Source of the DNA: Nemertoderma westbladi
Lineage: Eukaryota; Animalia; Xenacoelomorpha
Reading direction: 5' to 3'
Assembly (NCBI GenBank): GCA_032718475.1
Contig: JAUCBJ010008972.1
Span: 1 to 54,962 of the forward strand
DNA: 54,962 nt
In this document: one piece after another, positions 11,001 to 22,915 of the stretch
How the letters are laid out: each line of letters starts with the position of its first letter
Numbering within the stretch: position 1 is the first letter of the stretch
Notes under the pieces: model-generated
What the model was told of the DNA's origin: nothing
The model's database searches: none
The model's input: the letters and a program-made list of their open reading frames with translations, nothing else
Translations under genes and position numbers: made by a program

Positions 11001-13999
11001 GGTAAACACAAAATATCGCGAAGATCACGACGTTTGAGAAGCTCTGCCTATAGTATTGGTAAACACAAAATATCACGAAGATTGCGACGTTTGCGAAGCT
11101 CCACCTATAGTACTGGTAAACACAAAATTTTGCGAATATCACGACGTTTGCGAAGTTCCACCTATAGTATTGGTAAACACAAAATTTTGCGAATATCACG
11201 ACGTTTGCGAAGTTCCACCTATAGTATTGGTAAACACAAAATTTTGCGAATATCACGACGTTTGCGAAGTTCCACCTATAGTATTGGTAAACACAAAATT
11301 TTGCGAATATCACGACGTTTGCGAAGTTCCACCTATAGTATTGGTAAACACAAAATTTTGCGAATATCACGACGTTTGCGAAGTTCCACCTATAGTATTG
11401 GTAAACACAAAATATCGCGAAGATCACAACGTTTGAGAAGCTCCACCTATAGTACTGGTAAACACAAAATTTTGCGAATATCACGACGTTTGCGAAGTTC
11501 CACCTATAGTATTGGTAAACACAAAATTTTGCGAATATCACGACGTTTGCGAAGTTCCACCTATAGTACTGGTAAACACAAAATTTTGCGAATATCACGA
11601 CGTTTGCGAAGTTCCACCTATAGTATTGGTAAACACAAAATATCGCGAAGATCACAACGTTTGAGAAGCTCCACCTATAGTATTGGTAAACACAAAATTT
11701 TGCGAATATCACGACGTTTGCGAAGTTCCACCTATAGTATTGGTAAACACAAAATTTTGCGAATATCACGACGTTTGCGAAGTTCCACCTATAGTATTGG
11801 TAAACACAAAATTTTGCGAATATCACGACGTTTGCGAAGTTCCACCTATAGTATTGGTAAACACAAAATTTTGCGAATATCACGACGTTTGCGAAGTTCC
11901 ACCTATAGTATTGGTAAACACAAAATTTTGCGAATATCACGACGTTTGCGAAGTTCCACCTATAGTATTGGTAAACACAAAATTTTGCGAATATCACGAC
12001 GTTTGCGAAGTTCCACCTATAGTATTGGTAAACACAAATTATTTTGCGAAGATCGCAACATTTGCGAAGCTCCATCTATAGTATTGGTAAACACAAAATA
12101 TTGCGAAGATCGCGACGTTTGCGAAGCTCCACCTATAGTATTGGTAAACACAAAATTTTGCGAATATCACGACGTTTGCGAAGTTCCACCTATAGTACTG
12201 GTAAACACAAAATTTTGCGAATATCACGACGTTTGCGAAGTTCCACCTATAGTATTGGTAAACACAAAATATCGCGAAGATCACAACGTTTGAGAAGCTC
12301 CACCTATAGTACTGGTAAACACAAAATTTTGCGAATATCACGACGTTTGCGAAGTTCCACCTATAGTATTGGTAAACACAAAATTTTGCGAATATCACGA
12401 CGTTTGCGAAGTTCCACCTATAGTATTGGTAAACACAAAATTTTGCGAATATCACGACGTTTGCGAAGTTCCACCTATAGTATTGGTAAACACAAAATTT
12501 TGCGAATATCACGACGTTTGCGAAGTTCCACCTATAGTATTGGTAAACACAAAATTTTGCGAATATCACGACGTTTGCGAAGTTCCACCTATAGTATTGG
12601 TAAACACAAAATTTTGCGAATATCACGACGTTTGCGAAGTTCCACCTATAGTATTGGTAAACACAAAATTTTGCGAATATCACGACGTTTGCGAAGTTCC
12701 ACCTATAGTATTGGTAAACACAAAATTTTGCGAATATCACGACGTTTGCGAAGTTCCACCTATAGTATTGGTAAACACAAAATTTTGCGAATATCACGAC
12801 GTTTGCGAAGTTCCACCTATAGTATTGGTAAACACAAAATAACGCGAAGATCGCGACGTTTGAGAAGCTCCACCTATAGTATTGGTAAACACAAAATATC
12901 GCGAAGATCGCGATGTTTGCGAAGTTCCACCTATAGTATTGGTAAACACAAAATATTTCGCGAAGATCGAGACGTTTGCGAAGCTCCACCTATAGTATTG
13001 GTAAACACAAAATTTTGCGAATATCACGACATTTGCGAAGCTCCACCTATAGTATTGGTAAACACAAATTATTTTGCGAAGATCGCAACATTTGCGAAGC
13101 TCCATCTATAGTATTGGTAAACACAAAATATTGCGAAGATCGCGACGTTTGCGAAGCTCCACCTATAGTATTGGTAAACACAAAATATCGCGATGTTTGC
13201 GAATTTCCACCTATAGTATTGGTAAACACAAAATATCGCGAAGATCGCGACGTTTGCGAAGTTCCACCTATAGTATTGGAAAACACAAAATATCGCGAAG
13301 ATCGCGACGTTTGCGAAGTTCCACCTATAGTATTGGTAAACACAAAATATCGCGAAGATCGCGATGTTTGCGAAGTTCCACCTATAGTATTGGTAAACAC
13401 AAAATTTTGCGAATATCACGACGTTTGCGAAGTTCCACCTATAGTATTGGTAAACACAAAATATCGCAAATATCGCGACGTTTGCGAAGCTCTACCTATA
13501 GTATTGGTAAACACAAAATATCGCGAAGATCGTGATGTTTGCGAATTTCCACCTATAGTATTGGTAAACACAAATTATTTTGCGAAGATCGCAACATTTG
13601 CGAAGCTCCATCTATAGTATTGGTAAACACAAAATATTGCGAAGATCGCGACGTTTGCGAAGCTCCACCTATAGTATTGGTAAACACAAAATATCGCGAT
13701 GTTTGCGAATTTCCACCTATAGTATTGGTAAACACAAAATATCGCGAAGATCGCGACGTTTGCGAATTTCCACCTATAGTATTGGTAAACACAAAATATT
13801 TCGCGAAGATCGAGACGTTTGCGAAGCTCCACCTATAGTACTGGTAAACACAAAATTTTGCGAATATCACGACGTTTGCGAAGTTCCACCTATAGTATTG
13901 GTAAACACAAAATTTTGCGAATATCACGACGTTTGCGAAGTTCCACCTATAGTATTGGTAAACACAAAATATCGCGAATATCACGACGTTTGCGAAGTT
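8090..13999. repeat. 57-bp satellite array (about 100 monomers; 48-bp and 59-bp variants)
   Basis: The main unit is TATTGGTAAACACAAAATTTTGCGAATATCACGACGTTTGCGAAGTTCCACCTATAG. Confidence 0.97.
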
Positions 14000-15168
14000 T
14001 GTTTGCGCTTTTGAAGACCTTTGACAGTTTAACCTGCCAAAATTAGAATGTCTTTTAGATGATATATATTCTTTAGCTTTATGACGAGTATTTGATACAC
14101 TACATTAGCCGAAGCCAGTCTATGCGCAATCATTCACCCGTTGGATATACCCGGGAGACTGAGTTCGGAGCTTAATGATTGATGGTGTAAGCCTACTGTA
14201 TTATTCGACTGATCGTAATATATAATCTCTGACAAATATTATTCACTTTCGGGAAATATTAGCAGTTCCTTTAGGACGTGGCGCTCTAAATATGTAAACA
14301 GAGTTAAGACTTAAACTAGACACAACGAAAAGGCTATAGATTAACGTATATGGCGCATTCTTTAGGAGATGCTTTGTTATCAGTTACAATCATACACAAT
14401 GCTGCACAATACTGCACACTAATCTGCCGACCTTCACTAAATTTGGTCACGTATAAAGGGAGCAACAGACAATTTATGTTGGGCATATGAAATAGCATTA
14501 GATTCACTTCAAACCACTCAACATAGGTCGCAATCGTTTATCTGTAACCGGTCTCTCTAACCTTTAGTATATCAAGAAGGTGGGGTGTCTGACTATTGAT
14601 CAGTATTCCGATATAATAATTCATCAACAAATATAATGAACAACAGACAGCAAAAGCAGTAATGTAAGATATGAATTGCATAGATATGTATGATAAGATT
14701 GCAATTAACTCGATAAGAGATATACGTTCTATAATTAAGCCTACTAATGTAAAGCTAAAGAACGCTGATACACGGAGGTGCTAAAAGCCGATGTTCTTAG
14801 GCTCTGAGCAAAAACATAACACTGAATTACTGAGTTCTGTATACACCTCCAACACAGAGACAAAAAACGCTCTGATTGGTCAACCGAACAACGAGAGAAC
14901 AAAGAAACAAAGAAATGTCGACGTGGCAATATCAGCTGCTAGCCGTCGTCATGGTAGCGACACTGTTTTCAAGAGTATCCAGCTTATCGCGTCACGAGAT
15001 TGCGGATTATGTCCTCTAAAGTACAAATACAGTACAAATACAGAAGAAATGACTTTTATGTCCTCTAAAACACCAGTACAGCAAGGACACGGCCTTTTTA
15101 TGCCTGGCAAACCAACTACAGAGTACTTTAAGGGAAAATAACCGGTTAATGACGCAAAAGCTTTTACA
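14000..15168 (-). repeat. 3' LTR (1169 bp)
   Basis: Direct repeat of 25143-26311. I spotted 4 substitutions by eye. Confidence 0.95.
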
Positions 15169-15194
15169 CCGCTCCCAGAAAATGGGATTTAAGT

Positions 15195-16480
15195 CTATAA
15201 AATATAACAAATCACAGTTTCTAAAATATAAAGATACTCTAAACAGTTAGTCTTTCTTACGCAGACGGCGTTTACGCAGTTTTTTGAGGCTAGCAAGAGT
15301 CCTTTTCTCTTTGGGGCGAGCCACTTTACTAGGAGGGCTATAAATCCTGGGTGAAGGGTGCAATATGATTGCATCAGAAGGTGTAGGATTATGGTCGGGG
15401 TATCCGCCGTTTCGATATGCTTCTCCTCGAGCTGATTTTCCTCCGCTCGTAGCTGGATACGTTCATCCAAAACTCTCGCAGAGAATGGAGTTGTCTAAGT
15501 TCGATATCTTCTTAGAGATTCTGGATTTCACAATCGAACTGAGATAAAGACAATTCGTTTATCGCTTGGACTTGCTGTTACAACTTACGTTTATCTGAAC
15601 AAACGCAGGTTTCCTTTCTGATCTTTGTGGAATAGCGTTTAACTCGTTTGGTACAACGTTCTCCGCCACTTTGGTGACAGGTTATATCGTGTTAAGCCGG
15701 GACGATGGTAAGGGTTAAACGGCGATATTAAATGTCCGCGTCCCAATCCGGTTAGTTAGAATGGGCTAATATCTAGGAAGCCCACAACTGGGGTGCCACC
15801 GACTAATTGTTCAGGTAACACTAGATCTTTGAGCAGTGAGTACAGCTCGGGAGGATCCGTCATACTAATAGGATCAAGAGTCTGAAGTCTCACTAGGGAA
15901 TGAGGAGTTCTGATCGAGTATTCCGAAACTCTGATCATAGGTTTATTTAAGGATCGTCTGAGTCGAACGAGCGTAGGTGATACATCGAACAAGTTTCGCT
16001 CGAAACTGCCGTAAGTATAGCGAGTAAAACCGTGTTTAAAGCAACGTCTCCGCGGATGTTTATGTCTTTCCGTTTGTTGGTTGGGTCTTGGGCATTCATC
16101 GCAATAATACCAAAAACGCACGTCTTGTAGGGGAAACGCGAGTGATCTTTCTCCAGCTTACAATATTCCTCCATCCGTTCGAAGCTATCCGGTACAACAG
16201 GTAGCGATCGATCGGCGGTAAGATACATCATAGTGGAATAGAGCCGTTTGAATTCTACCATGCGGTCATGATGTATACCTTGAGGATATCGAGTTTCTAG
16301 ATTCTGTTGACTGGTAATATCGAGATAGGTTTCTCTCAAGAATTCCAGGTATTTGCTGAAGTCGCTGCGTTTATCCGGCTCTTCAACATCTGCACTTTCG
16401 AGTCGGTTTCGAATAGAATTTTCGTGTTCGAGTCTCAGTTTATCGTTCCGCTTCCGCTGGGTATGATATTTAAATAAACC
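15195..16480 (-). pseudogene. Degenerate accessory ORF of unknown function in the 3' region of the BEL element
   Basis: An open frame runs from ~16480 through 15947, with further fragments at 15756..16121 and 15195..15470, all in element sense. No recognisable motif. Confidence 0.3.
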
Positions 16481-18406
16481 ATTTCCCTTTGGTGTCTATA
16501 TCGTTCGTATCGTGTAGGTCGATAGGATGACCAGTAGTTAAGAAGTTCATATATATACCATTACGATGCGTATAGCGAGCGGTGAATTTTCTACAGTCTA
16601 ACCCACGCGCAAGTTGCTCCCGGGACATTGGCGGTTAGATATAACGACCATCGTCCTCCGTAGTAGTTGGACCAGCGTCGCCGCGTATCAAGCTATCAAC
16701 AAACGCTTGTAAAGGTAGAGTATATCTTTCCCTGATACCAAGATCATCTTCTATCAACTCAATCATATCTGCTATATAAGTTTATCCATATTATAATGAG
16801 TTTATATTTAGGCGAGCGGGCGTCGCTGCCTACCCCTCTCTGCCCCCGGACAGTGCGAGATCCTCAGCGCTGGTGTACTTTCGCCGATGTGCCTATTGCC
16901 AACGTCGTAGCTGCACAACGACTACAACAACCAGCACGAGCCACTCCACCGTCCGTCCCAAAGGCTTAGATATACTTCAGGTTCTTACTGGAGAGTTAAG
17001 GTTACTTTCACAATTGCGACTCGCTACTGTAAACACACCTTGGTAGTAACATTCACCTACAAACGCACAAATTCCACGTAACAGTCACAAATGGTACACA
17101 TTCTATCACACATTCAGGTCATTTGTCCGTTAGTCAAGTGCCTTCCAGAATGTCACGTTGTTATTATGTATCCTTGGATACTAGCGGTGTGCTATTTATT
17201 CCGTATGCTATTCAATACGCAAGCCCTTTATTGTTCTTTTAACTCACTTCTAATTCTAGCGTGGTTGTTGCCATGGTGACATTATGGAAAGCTAGCGGTA
17301 GAATTAGGGTAATTCTCATGCATACAGATCTGGGATGCTATTTAATAGTAAGTCTTTAATGGTCAATATCCCCTTTATACATGATTCTATGAATTTTATC
17401 GGCTATTGACTATACATTGGAGATTCTCGCACACAAATACACTTAATAGAGTGAATCTCCGCTCCCATGATCTATTAATTAATGGAATTTTGGGAATGTT
17501 ATAAATTGTACAAATGACAATTTATTAAATTCATTGAAATATATGAATTTAAATTTATTCCCGTAAATTTTATTATTTAATGTTAAATAGACACAATTTT
17601 ATTCCAGAACTTGTCTGGGGACTGGGATCCTTGATTCTAGGAATTTTGTCCTTTTAAGAGTATCGGTAAGTGCTACGATATCTTAATCGACTAGAATTTT
17701 AAAGGATCTGATATTTGACAGATTTTTGTAAATATTAATAATTAATATTTAGGATGGGCACCAGTTTATTCCAGAACTTGTCTGGGGACGTTAACCATTG
17801 ATTCTAGAAATTTGTCTTTCAAGTATATCGGTGGGTGCCGCGATATCTTAATCGACTAGAATTACATATGGTCAAAGGGTTTAACAGATTAATTTGCGTT
17901 ATACGCTACTGTTAAAGGGACATCACGCTACTATATGTATTATTTAATATACGGTATGAGAGCAATATCGCACGAAGCAATGTCAGTGTGAAGAGGCAAG
18001 TCGTTTCCAAGGTCTACCCAGAGCTTGGTTTAGCCGAGACACGAGGATCTGAACTTTGCATTCCTAATACTCTGCCTACCAATAATACTTGAATATAGTA
18101 GTGGCTTTATTGTACTTTAATAAGTACGGATATTTCATCTTACTGTAGTCACGTATTTATAATATGATACGGACAGTAAGGAAAGAGAAAAATAATTATT
18201 TCTCGCCGTCGCACTAAATATATATTATAAGTAATTACGTAATAAATGCGAATATATTGCACTAATCTACTAAATGATCACTAAAATAACATGTTACTAA
18301 ATAAAATTAAATAAAACGATTAAAATAAAATTACATAATAATACATACATAAATATAAAAATAAAACAAATACAAATATAGAGTCACACACCCACTCCAT
18401 ATGTTG

Positions 18407-21400
18407 TTACGTTATGGAGTCCCTAGATGTTTGAAGGATTAGGGAGGTGGTCGTGGGAAGAGAATCTTGCCTTCCACAGTTTCCGGAGAGTCCTCCATTC
18501 CCTTCCGGTAAACACAAACGACCGACTGGGTGATTGAGTCGCTGCATCCCGAATACAATTCCAGGTTTCCTCTTCGTCCTGGAATAGTGACGATAGAAAC
18601 ATCGCTCTAGGTACACGACGGCCTTACAAAGCCGATTCCAGAAGCTATAGTGGTCCGTCGTTCCCTGCAGGAGAGGTGAGAGTCCCTGCGAGACGTCTGA
18701 TGTTCCAGAGCTCCAATCGCTCTCTCTGATCTTCATGAAGGATCCACTCGCGGTGGGGAGGTCCAGATCCACGGCGTCGTCCCTGGCAATATGTAATACC
18801 GACAGATCTATCCCGGGTTCAAATAACTCCGATCCACCCGTCCGGGTTTTAGGTTTGACTTTCTCCGCTCCCTTGGCTGGTCTAATCTCAGTCGGAGTAA
18901 GATGGGGAGGCCATTCATCCTCCTTACTCAGGAAGTCGGGTTCACCTAACCGGTCTGTAGTATCTGTCAGTTCTTGAGGAGTTGCTCCTCTGGAAGCGAT
19001 GTCAGTTGGATTAAACTTCTTGGGGCAATATCTCCATTGATCTACATTGGAGCTAATATCGTCATTATCTGAGGAGTATGGTGTTCCCTCAGTTGGGTCG
19101 TCTCCCTCACTAGTATCATCTTCCCATTCACTCACCTGGCAGACGCAATCTTGAAGCAGTCTTTCTCTGAGCGTTCTTCGGGAAGGTCCAGTAAGGTACC
19201 AACCTACTCTAGTTCTTACCGCATAGGTCTGAAGTGGTTGCGGTTGAGCAGGTCGTTTCTCCAATGTCTCCAGCGCCTCATGCGCGTTTTGACCGATTAA
19301 TATTTGTACTCCAGGATAATCGGTGTCGAATCTAGGAATGTTAAGTTGTTGGGCATGATCATCTTCATCCCAATTATAAGGTTCCACTTGGGTGGTAGCG
19401 AAGTTCTTTATTGCCACCATTTTGACTGACCTTATACTGTGTTCTCCTAGTTTATCCTGTGGAGTGGACAACTCACCTATATAATAGTCGGCAGCCACAG
19501 CAGATTTCCAAACCTGCATGATCCCTGACATGTTTAGCTTGGTTCGGAACTTGGGTTGTCCAGCAAAGATGTCTTCGGCTAGTTCTTTATCGATGAATGT
19601 TCCTGTGCTGCCGGAGTCCAGGAGGGCGTTCACTATATAGCTCTTCTGAGGTCCGTGGACCCGTAACTGGACTACAGGAAATTCTCGGATTCCTACATTT
19701 GAAGTTGGCGCTTTCCAAGATTGTTGTTGATCTGAAGTAGTTAGGGTGAGGTCGCTATCTGTGTCTTTCTCATACATGAGTGCTCGATACACTGCGGTGG
19801 TGTTTATTAAGTAACAGGATTCGTTTTGGTCGGAGAATTCGTCCGTATAGAATCCTTCCATCTCAGAACTTTGGTCAGTGTCGTTCACATCACTGAATTG
19901 GACATGTAGTTGTTCGGACTCACTTACCTGACTCGGGCTGCTTCGTTCGAATTCAGTGTGCAACAAGATATGATGTTTTGCACCGCACTTTGCACACCTT
20001 GCGTCGGAGTAACAGGTTCGCCGTTGGTGTCCTCGTCTGAGGCAATTATAACACAACCGCTTATCCCACATGACTTCCCGTCTCTCTTTTAATGATTTCT
20101 TTAAGAATTCATCGCACATATTCAAGCGGTGGGGCCCGTCGCACAGCACACATTTGGGTTTGATGTTACTTACTTTAACCTGTGCTGTGTGGTGCACACT
20201 TGTTCTTTCCTCGGGCTTTCTTACATGAATTCTCTTGGGAGACATAGGAGGGGTTTTTCTTACCGGTTCTCTTCTGTCATTGGTTCGAGACTTGAATTTA
20301 CTTACCTGGTCTTTAGGCGTTTTATTGACATAAGATCTTTCAGTGTCTTTCCCGCTATCCTCTCCTTGAGAAGTCTGGCTTTCGCCGTCGTCTGTATAAC
20401 ACACTGGTGTTACCCTTCTCCTAGAAACGGGTTTCTCACTTACCTTGTTTTCCAGTGTCTTCTCTCTGGACTGCCTTAGGAGCTGTAATTTCACTTCTCC
20501 ATCTAAGAATGACATGAGATCAGCCATGGTAGGGTCTCGTCGTTGTTGTTCCATCATATATAACACTTTCTTGTCCCAGCGTGTACCTACTCCACCCTTC
20601 GGTAAAGTAGAAGCCACTGCTCTAATAACCATAGCACTCTGATACTCATGAGACTTACCTAGCCAATCTAATTGTCTGCAGATCTCCTGAATTTCATCGG
20701 AAAACTCTATAATCCCGTTGCTAATAAACTTTCGGGGCGCTACCAACTTTGCATACAAATACCCAGCTATGTTATTCCTATTACCATACCTGATGTTTAG
20801 TGTATCCCAAACTTGTCTTAATCCGTCTGGATGTCCAATAAACTTTAACGCCATTAACTTGGGAGATCCTTCCAAGCACTCGATGAGGAATCTAAGTTTC
20901 TCTCCATTAGATAGTACAGAGTTCTGTATGTTATCTTTGTAATATTCATTAAAAGGTAACCATTTCATCTCATCTCCATTGAACTTGACGATCTCTCCCA
21001 CCTTCACCGCTTGCCGGGCTTCGGTTCTAGCCATTTGACGCGTAAAACTTTCTTGGGCCATCGTGTTATTTAATATCGAGTTATCGGTATATAAATTTCT
21101 CGGATTATGATCAGGTCTATAGGGAATGTCATTATCAACAGGTCTATAATTACCCTTAATAGGGTTCACTATAGGAGTTTCTACTTCGCTAGCAGTATAT
21201 ATGCGTGTAGGCTCCACACCTTGCGCATGAGATACTTCAGACCTAACAGGTTGACACATTGTTACCGAGGGTGGTGGTATACCCCTTTGTGTATTTACTA
21301 ATTTATCGCGTTCTAGCGCGATACTTTGCTGCACTTCTTGCAACTCTAGCCTACTTTCCCTTACTGTGCCCTTGAATTGCTGAACAGTCTCCTGCATCTG

Positions 21401-21760
21401 CCCGAGCAGGAGATCCATCCCCCGCCGTCTCTCGTCCACCCATTCGACCGCCGAAGCGGGAGTCGCCAACGTTGTAGCGGGCGGACGAGGGACAACGGGC
21501 GACAAATCATGAATATTTCGCTCGGGGTCCAGGACCTGAACTGTCTCCTGGGCAGTTCTACTGGGCACAGGTAGCTTAGTGCTATGCAGAGGGAATTTAG
21601 AGGTAGCTTCAGGGAGCACAGGTGTGTCTATCACCGAAGGGGTGATTTCAAGAACAGGCCTAATTATTTCAGGCTCATCTACTATAGTAGGGAGTCTTTC
21701 TATTTTAATTATTTGGTCTGTGGACTCTGTACTACCTAAGTTGGTGTTATTTAGTTGCCT
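18407..21760 (-). CDS. BEL/Pao Gag (DUF1759-like capsid, triple Cys/His knuckles) plus aspartic protease, fused to the RNase H C-terminal remnant; RT and integrase missing
   Basis: KFNGDEMKWLPF...LSNGEKLRFL; CVLCDGPHRLNMC, CYNCLRRGH and CAKCGAKHHILLH; ALLDSGSTGTF; ILIG...RTRVGWYLTGP; then directly QWRYCPKKFNPTDIASRG. The frame is open from 21760. Confidence 0.85.
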   Translation of the reverse strand, partial: RQLNNTNLGSTESTDQIIKIERLPTIVDEPEIIRPVLEITPSVIDTPVLPEATSKFPLHSTKLPVPSRTAQETVQVLDPERNIHDLSPVVPRPPATTLATPASAVEWVDERRRGMDLLLGQMQETVQQFKGTVRESRLELQEVQQSIALERDKLVNTQRGIPPPSVTMCQPVRSEVSHAQGVEPTRIYTASEVETPIVNPIKGNYRPVDNDIPYRPDHNPRNLYTDNSILNNTMAQESFTRQMARTEARQAVKVGEIVKFNGDEMKWLPFNEYYKDNIQNSVLSNGEKLRFLIECLEGSPKLMALKFIGHPDGLRQVWDTLNIRYGNRNNIAGYLYAKLVAPRKFISNGIIEFSDEIQEICRQLDWLGKSHEYQSAMVIRAVASTLPKGGVGTRWDKKVLYMMEQQRRDPTMADLMSFLDGEVKLQLLRQSREKTLENKVSEKPVSRRRVTPVCYTDDGESQTSQGEDSGKDTERSYVNKTPKDQVSKFKSRTNDRREPVRKTPPMSPKRIHVRKPEERTSVHHTAQVKVSNIKPKCVLCDGPHRLNMCDEFLKKSLKERREVMWDKRLCYNCLRRGHQRRTCYSDARCAKCGAKHHILLHTEFERSSPSQVSESEQLHVQFSDVNDTDQSSEMEGFYTDEFSDQNESCYLINTTAVYRALMYEKDTDSDLTLTTSDQQQSWKAPTSNVGIREFPVVQLRVHGPQKSYIVNALLDSGSTGTFIDKELAEDIFAGQPKFRTKLNMSGIMQVWKSAVAADYYIGELSTPQDKLGEHSIRSVKMVAIKNFATTQVEPYNWDEDDHAQQLNIPRFDTDYPGVQILIGQNAHEALETLEKRPAQPQPLQTYAVRTRVGWYLTGPSRRTLRERLLQDCVCQVSEWEDDTSEGDDPTEGTPYSSDNDDISSNVDQWRYCPKKFNPTDIASRGATPQELTDTTDRLGEPDFLSKEDEWPPHLTPTEIRPAKGAEKVKPKTRTGGSELFEPGIDLSVLHIARDDAVDLDLPTASGSFMKIRESDWSSGTSDVSQGLSPLLQGTTDHYSFWNRLCKAVVYLERCFYRHYSRTKRKPGIVFGMQRLNHPVGRLCLPEGNGGLSGNCGRQDSLPTTTSLILQTSRDSIT

Positions 21761-22915
21761 TCAAACAGCTGGAGGCAAATCAGGCAATTTCTGACGGTGG
21801 AATGTTCTTTTACGTCTGCTTAGACGAGATCTATTTCCTTTGCCTTCAGTATCGGTGGTATCGCCTTCTTCAGATGATGTATATCCCTGTCTTTTGGGAG
21901 TAGATCGATTCATCATCTGCATATTACTAGCTGTTAACTGTTTATTTATGCAGTCTTGATTCTCCTGAATGTTTTCCAATTCTAATTGGGTGATTTCTTC
22001 CGCCGCTCTACGTTCTGCTTCTGCCACTGCCATTTCCGCTTTTCTTTTCATTTCGGCTGCTTTTCTTTTCGCTTCTGCCTCTGCCGCTGTCGCTGCAGCT
22101 TTTCTTTTCGCTTCTGCCTCTGCCGCTGTCGCTGCAGCTTTTCTTTCCATTTCGGCTGCTTTTCTTTCCATTTCGGCTGCTTTACTTTCCTCTTCGGCTG
22201 CTTTCCTTTCTGCTTCGGCCGCAGCTACTGCTGCTTTCTTTCTGTCTTCTATACGTTTTTTCTTTACTTGTTCTTCTTGGACTCGTGTGATGCAGAGTTG
22301 TTCATCAAATTTAGCTTGGTTCGCCGCTAACATTTCCGCATCGATTGCGTCCAGCACAAGCTTGGTTCCTTCACTATTAGGGCTAAGCCCCTCCAACCTT
22401 CTCCTCAACTCTTCATCTCCTACAAAGCGTTGATAGTCTGACAGATAGATGTCAATAGCATCCCTCTTATGCGGTTTCTCTGCTGTCACTTCGCTTTCTT
22501 CTTGAGAAAAAGTGGCGTCGGTTGATTCTTCATAGGTTGGCCGCTCATCATAAACCTTATCCACCATCTTCGCTCCGCATTCGGGCGTCCGCTCATCAGT
22601 ATCCGAACTACTGGAGCTATCGGGCCGCTGAAAACTAGGTTCTTGGCTAGGATGTTGCTGCTGTTTGACAGCTGCTTCTTGATCCCGCTTGACTTGGGCC
22701 CGAGTGCCTATGGCAGACCAACGGCGCTTCACTAACTTCGCAAATTGCGAAATCGCTTCTACCAACCTACGTTCTGACACAACCACTGCAGGGGTCGCCC
22801 TTCTTACAGTATGAGGGGTTTCAGACCTCGGTCTGGGATTCTCTACACTTTGATCTGAGAAACAGGCTGTTGTTTCTAGGAGACTATCTGACAGAGTTTG
22901 CCTTGTGTCAGCCAT
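21761..22915 (-). CDS. N-terminal part of BEL Gag with an Ala/Glu/Lys coiled-coil repeat
   Basis: ATG at 22915; AAEMERK and AAATAAEAEAKRK repeats. It is in the same frame as the downstream gag-pro ORF and separated from it only by TGA at 21763-21761. Confidence 0.7.
   Translation of the reverse strand: MADTRQTLSDSLLETTACFSDQSVENPRPRSETPHTVRRATPAVVVSERRLVEAISQFAKLVKRRWSAIGTRAQVKRDQEAAVKQQQHPSQEPSFQRPDSSSSSDTDERTPECGAKMVDKVYDERPTYEESTDATFSQEESEVTAEKPHKRDAIDIYLSDYQRFVGDEELRRRLEGLSPNSEGTKLVLDAIDAEMLAANQAKFDEQLCITRVQEEQVKKKRIEDRKKAAVAAAEAERKAAEEESKAAEMERKAAEMERKAAATAAEAEAKRKAAATAAEAEAKRKAAEMKRKAEMAVAEAERRAAEEITQLELENIQENQDCINKQLTASNMQMMNRSTPKRQGYTSSEEGDTTDTEGKGNRSRLSRRKRTFHRQKLPDLPPAV

Noticed and set aside
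8023-12075. 1350-aa repetitive ORF and the overlapping repeat ORFs through 30408
   Set aside because: These are translations of the 57/48-bp satellite. Unit lengths are multiples of three, several frames on both strands are open, and 59-bp variants break the frames.
8090-13999. CRISPR array (constant repeat plus variable segment)
   Set aside because: The variable parts are near-identical variants rather than unique spacers, there are no cas genes, and the context is eukaryotic.
14030-14235. Known RNA classes in the LTR: Sm site or SL RNA (AATTTTGG), group I intron R element (TCAGAGATTATA), HDV J4/2 (GGCTAA)
   Set aside because: None of these motifs is preserved in the 49338 copy, and the partner elements are missing.
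14791-15141. 116-aa ORF duplicated at 25934..26284
   Set aside because: It lies within the LTRs, so the duplication reflects LTR identity. No recognisable domain.
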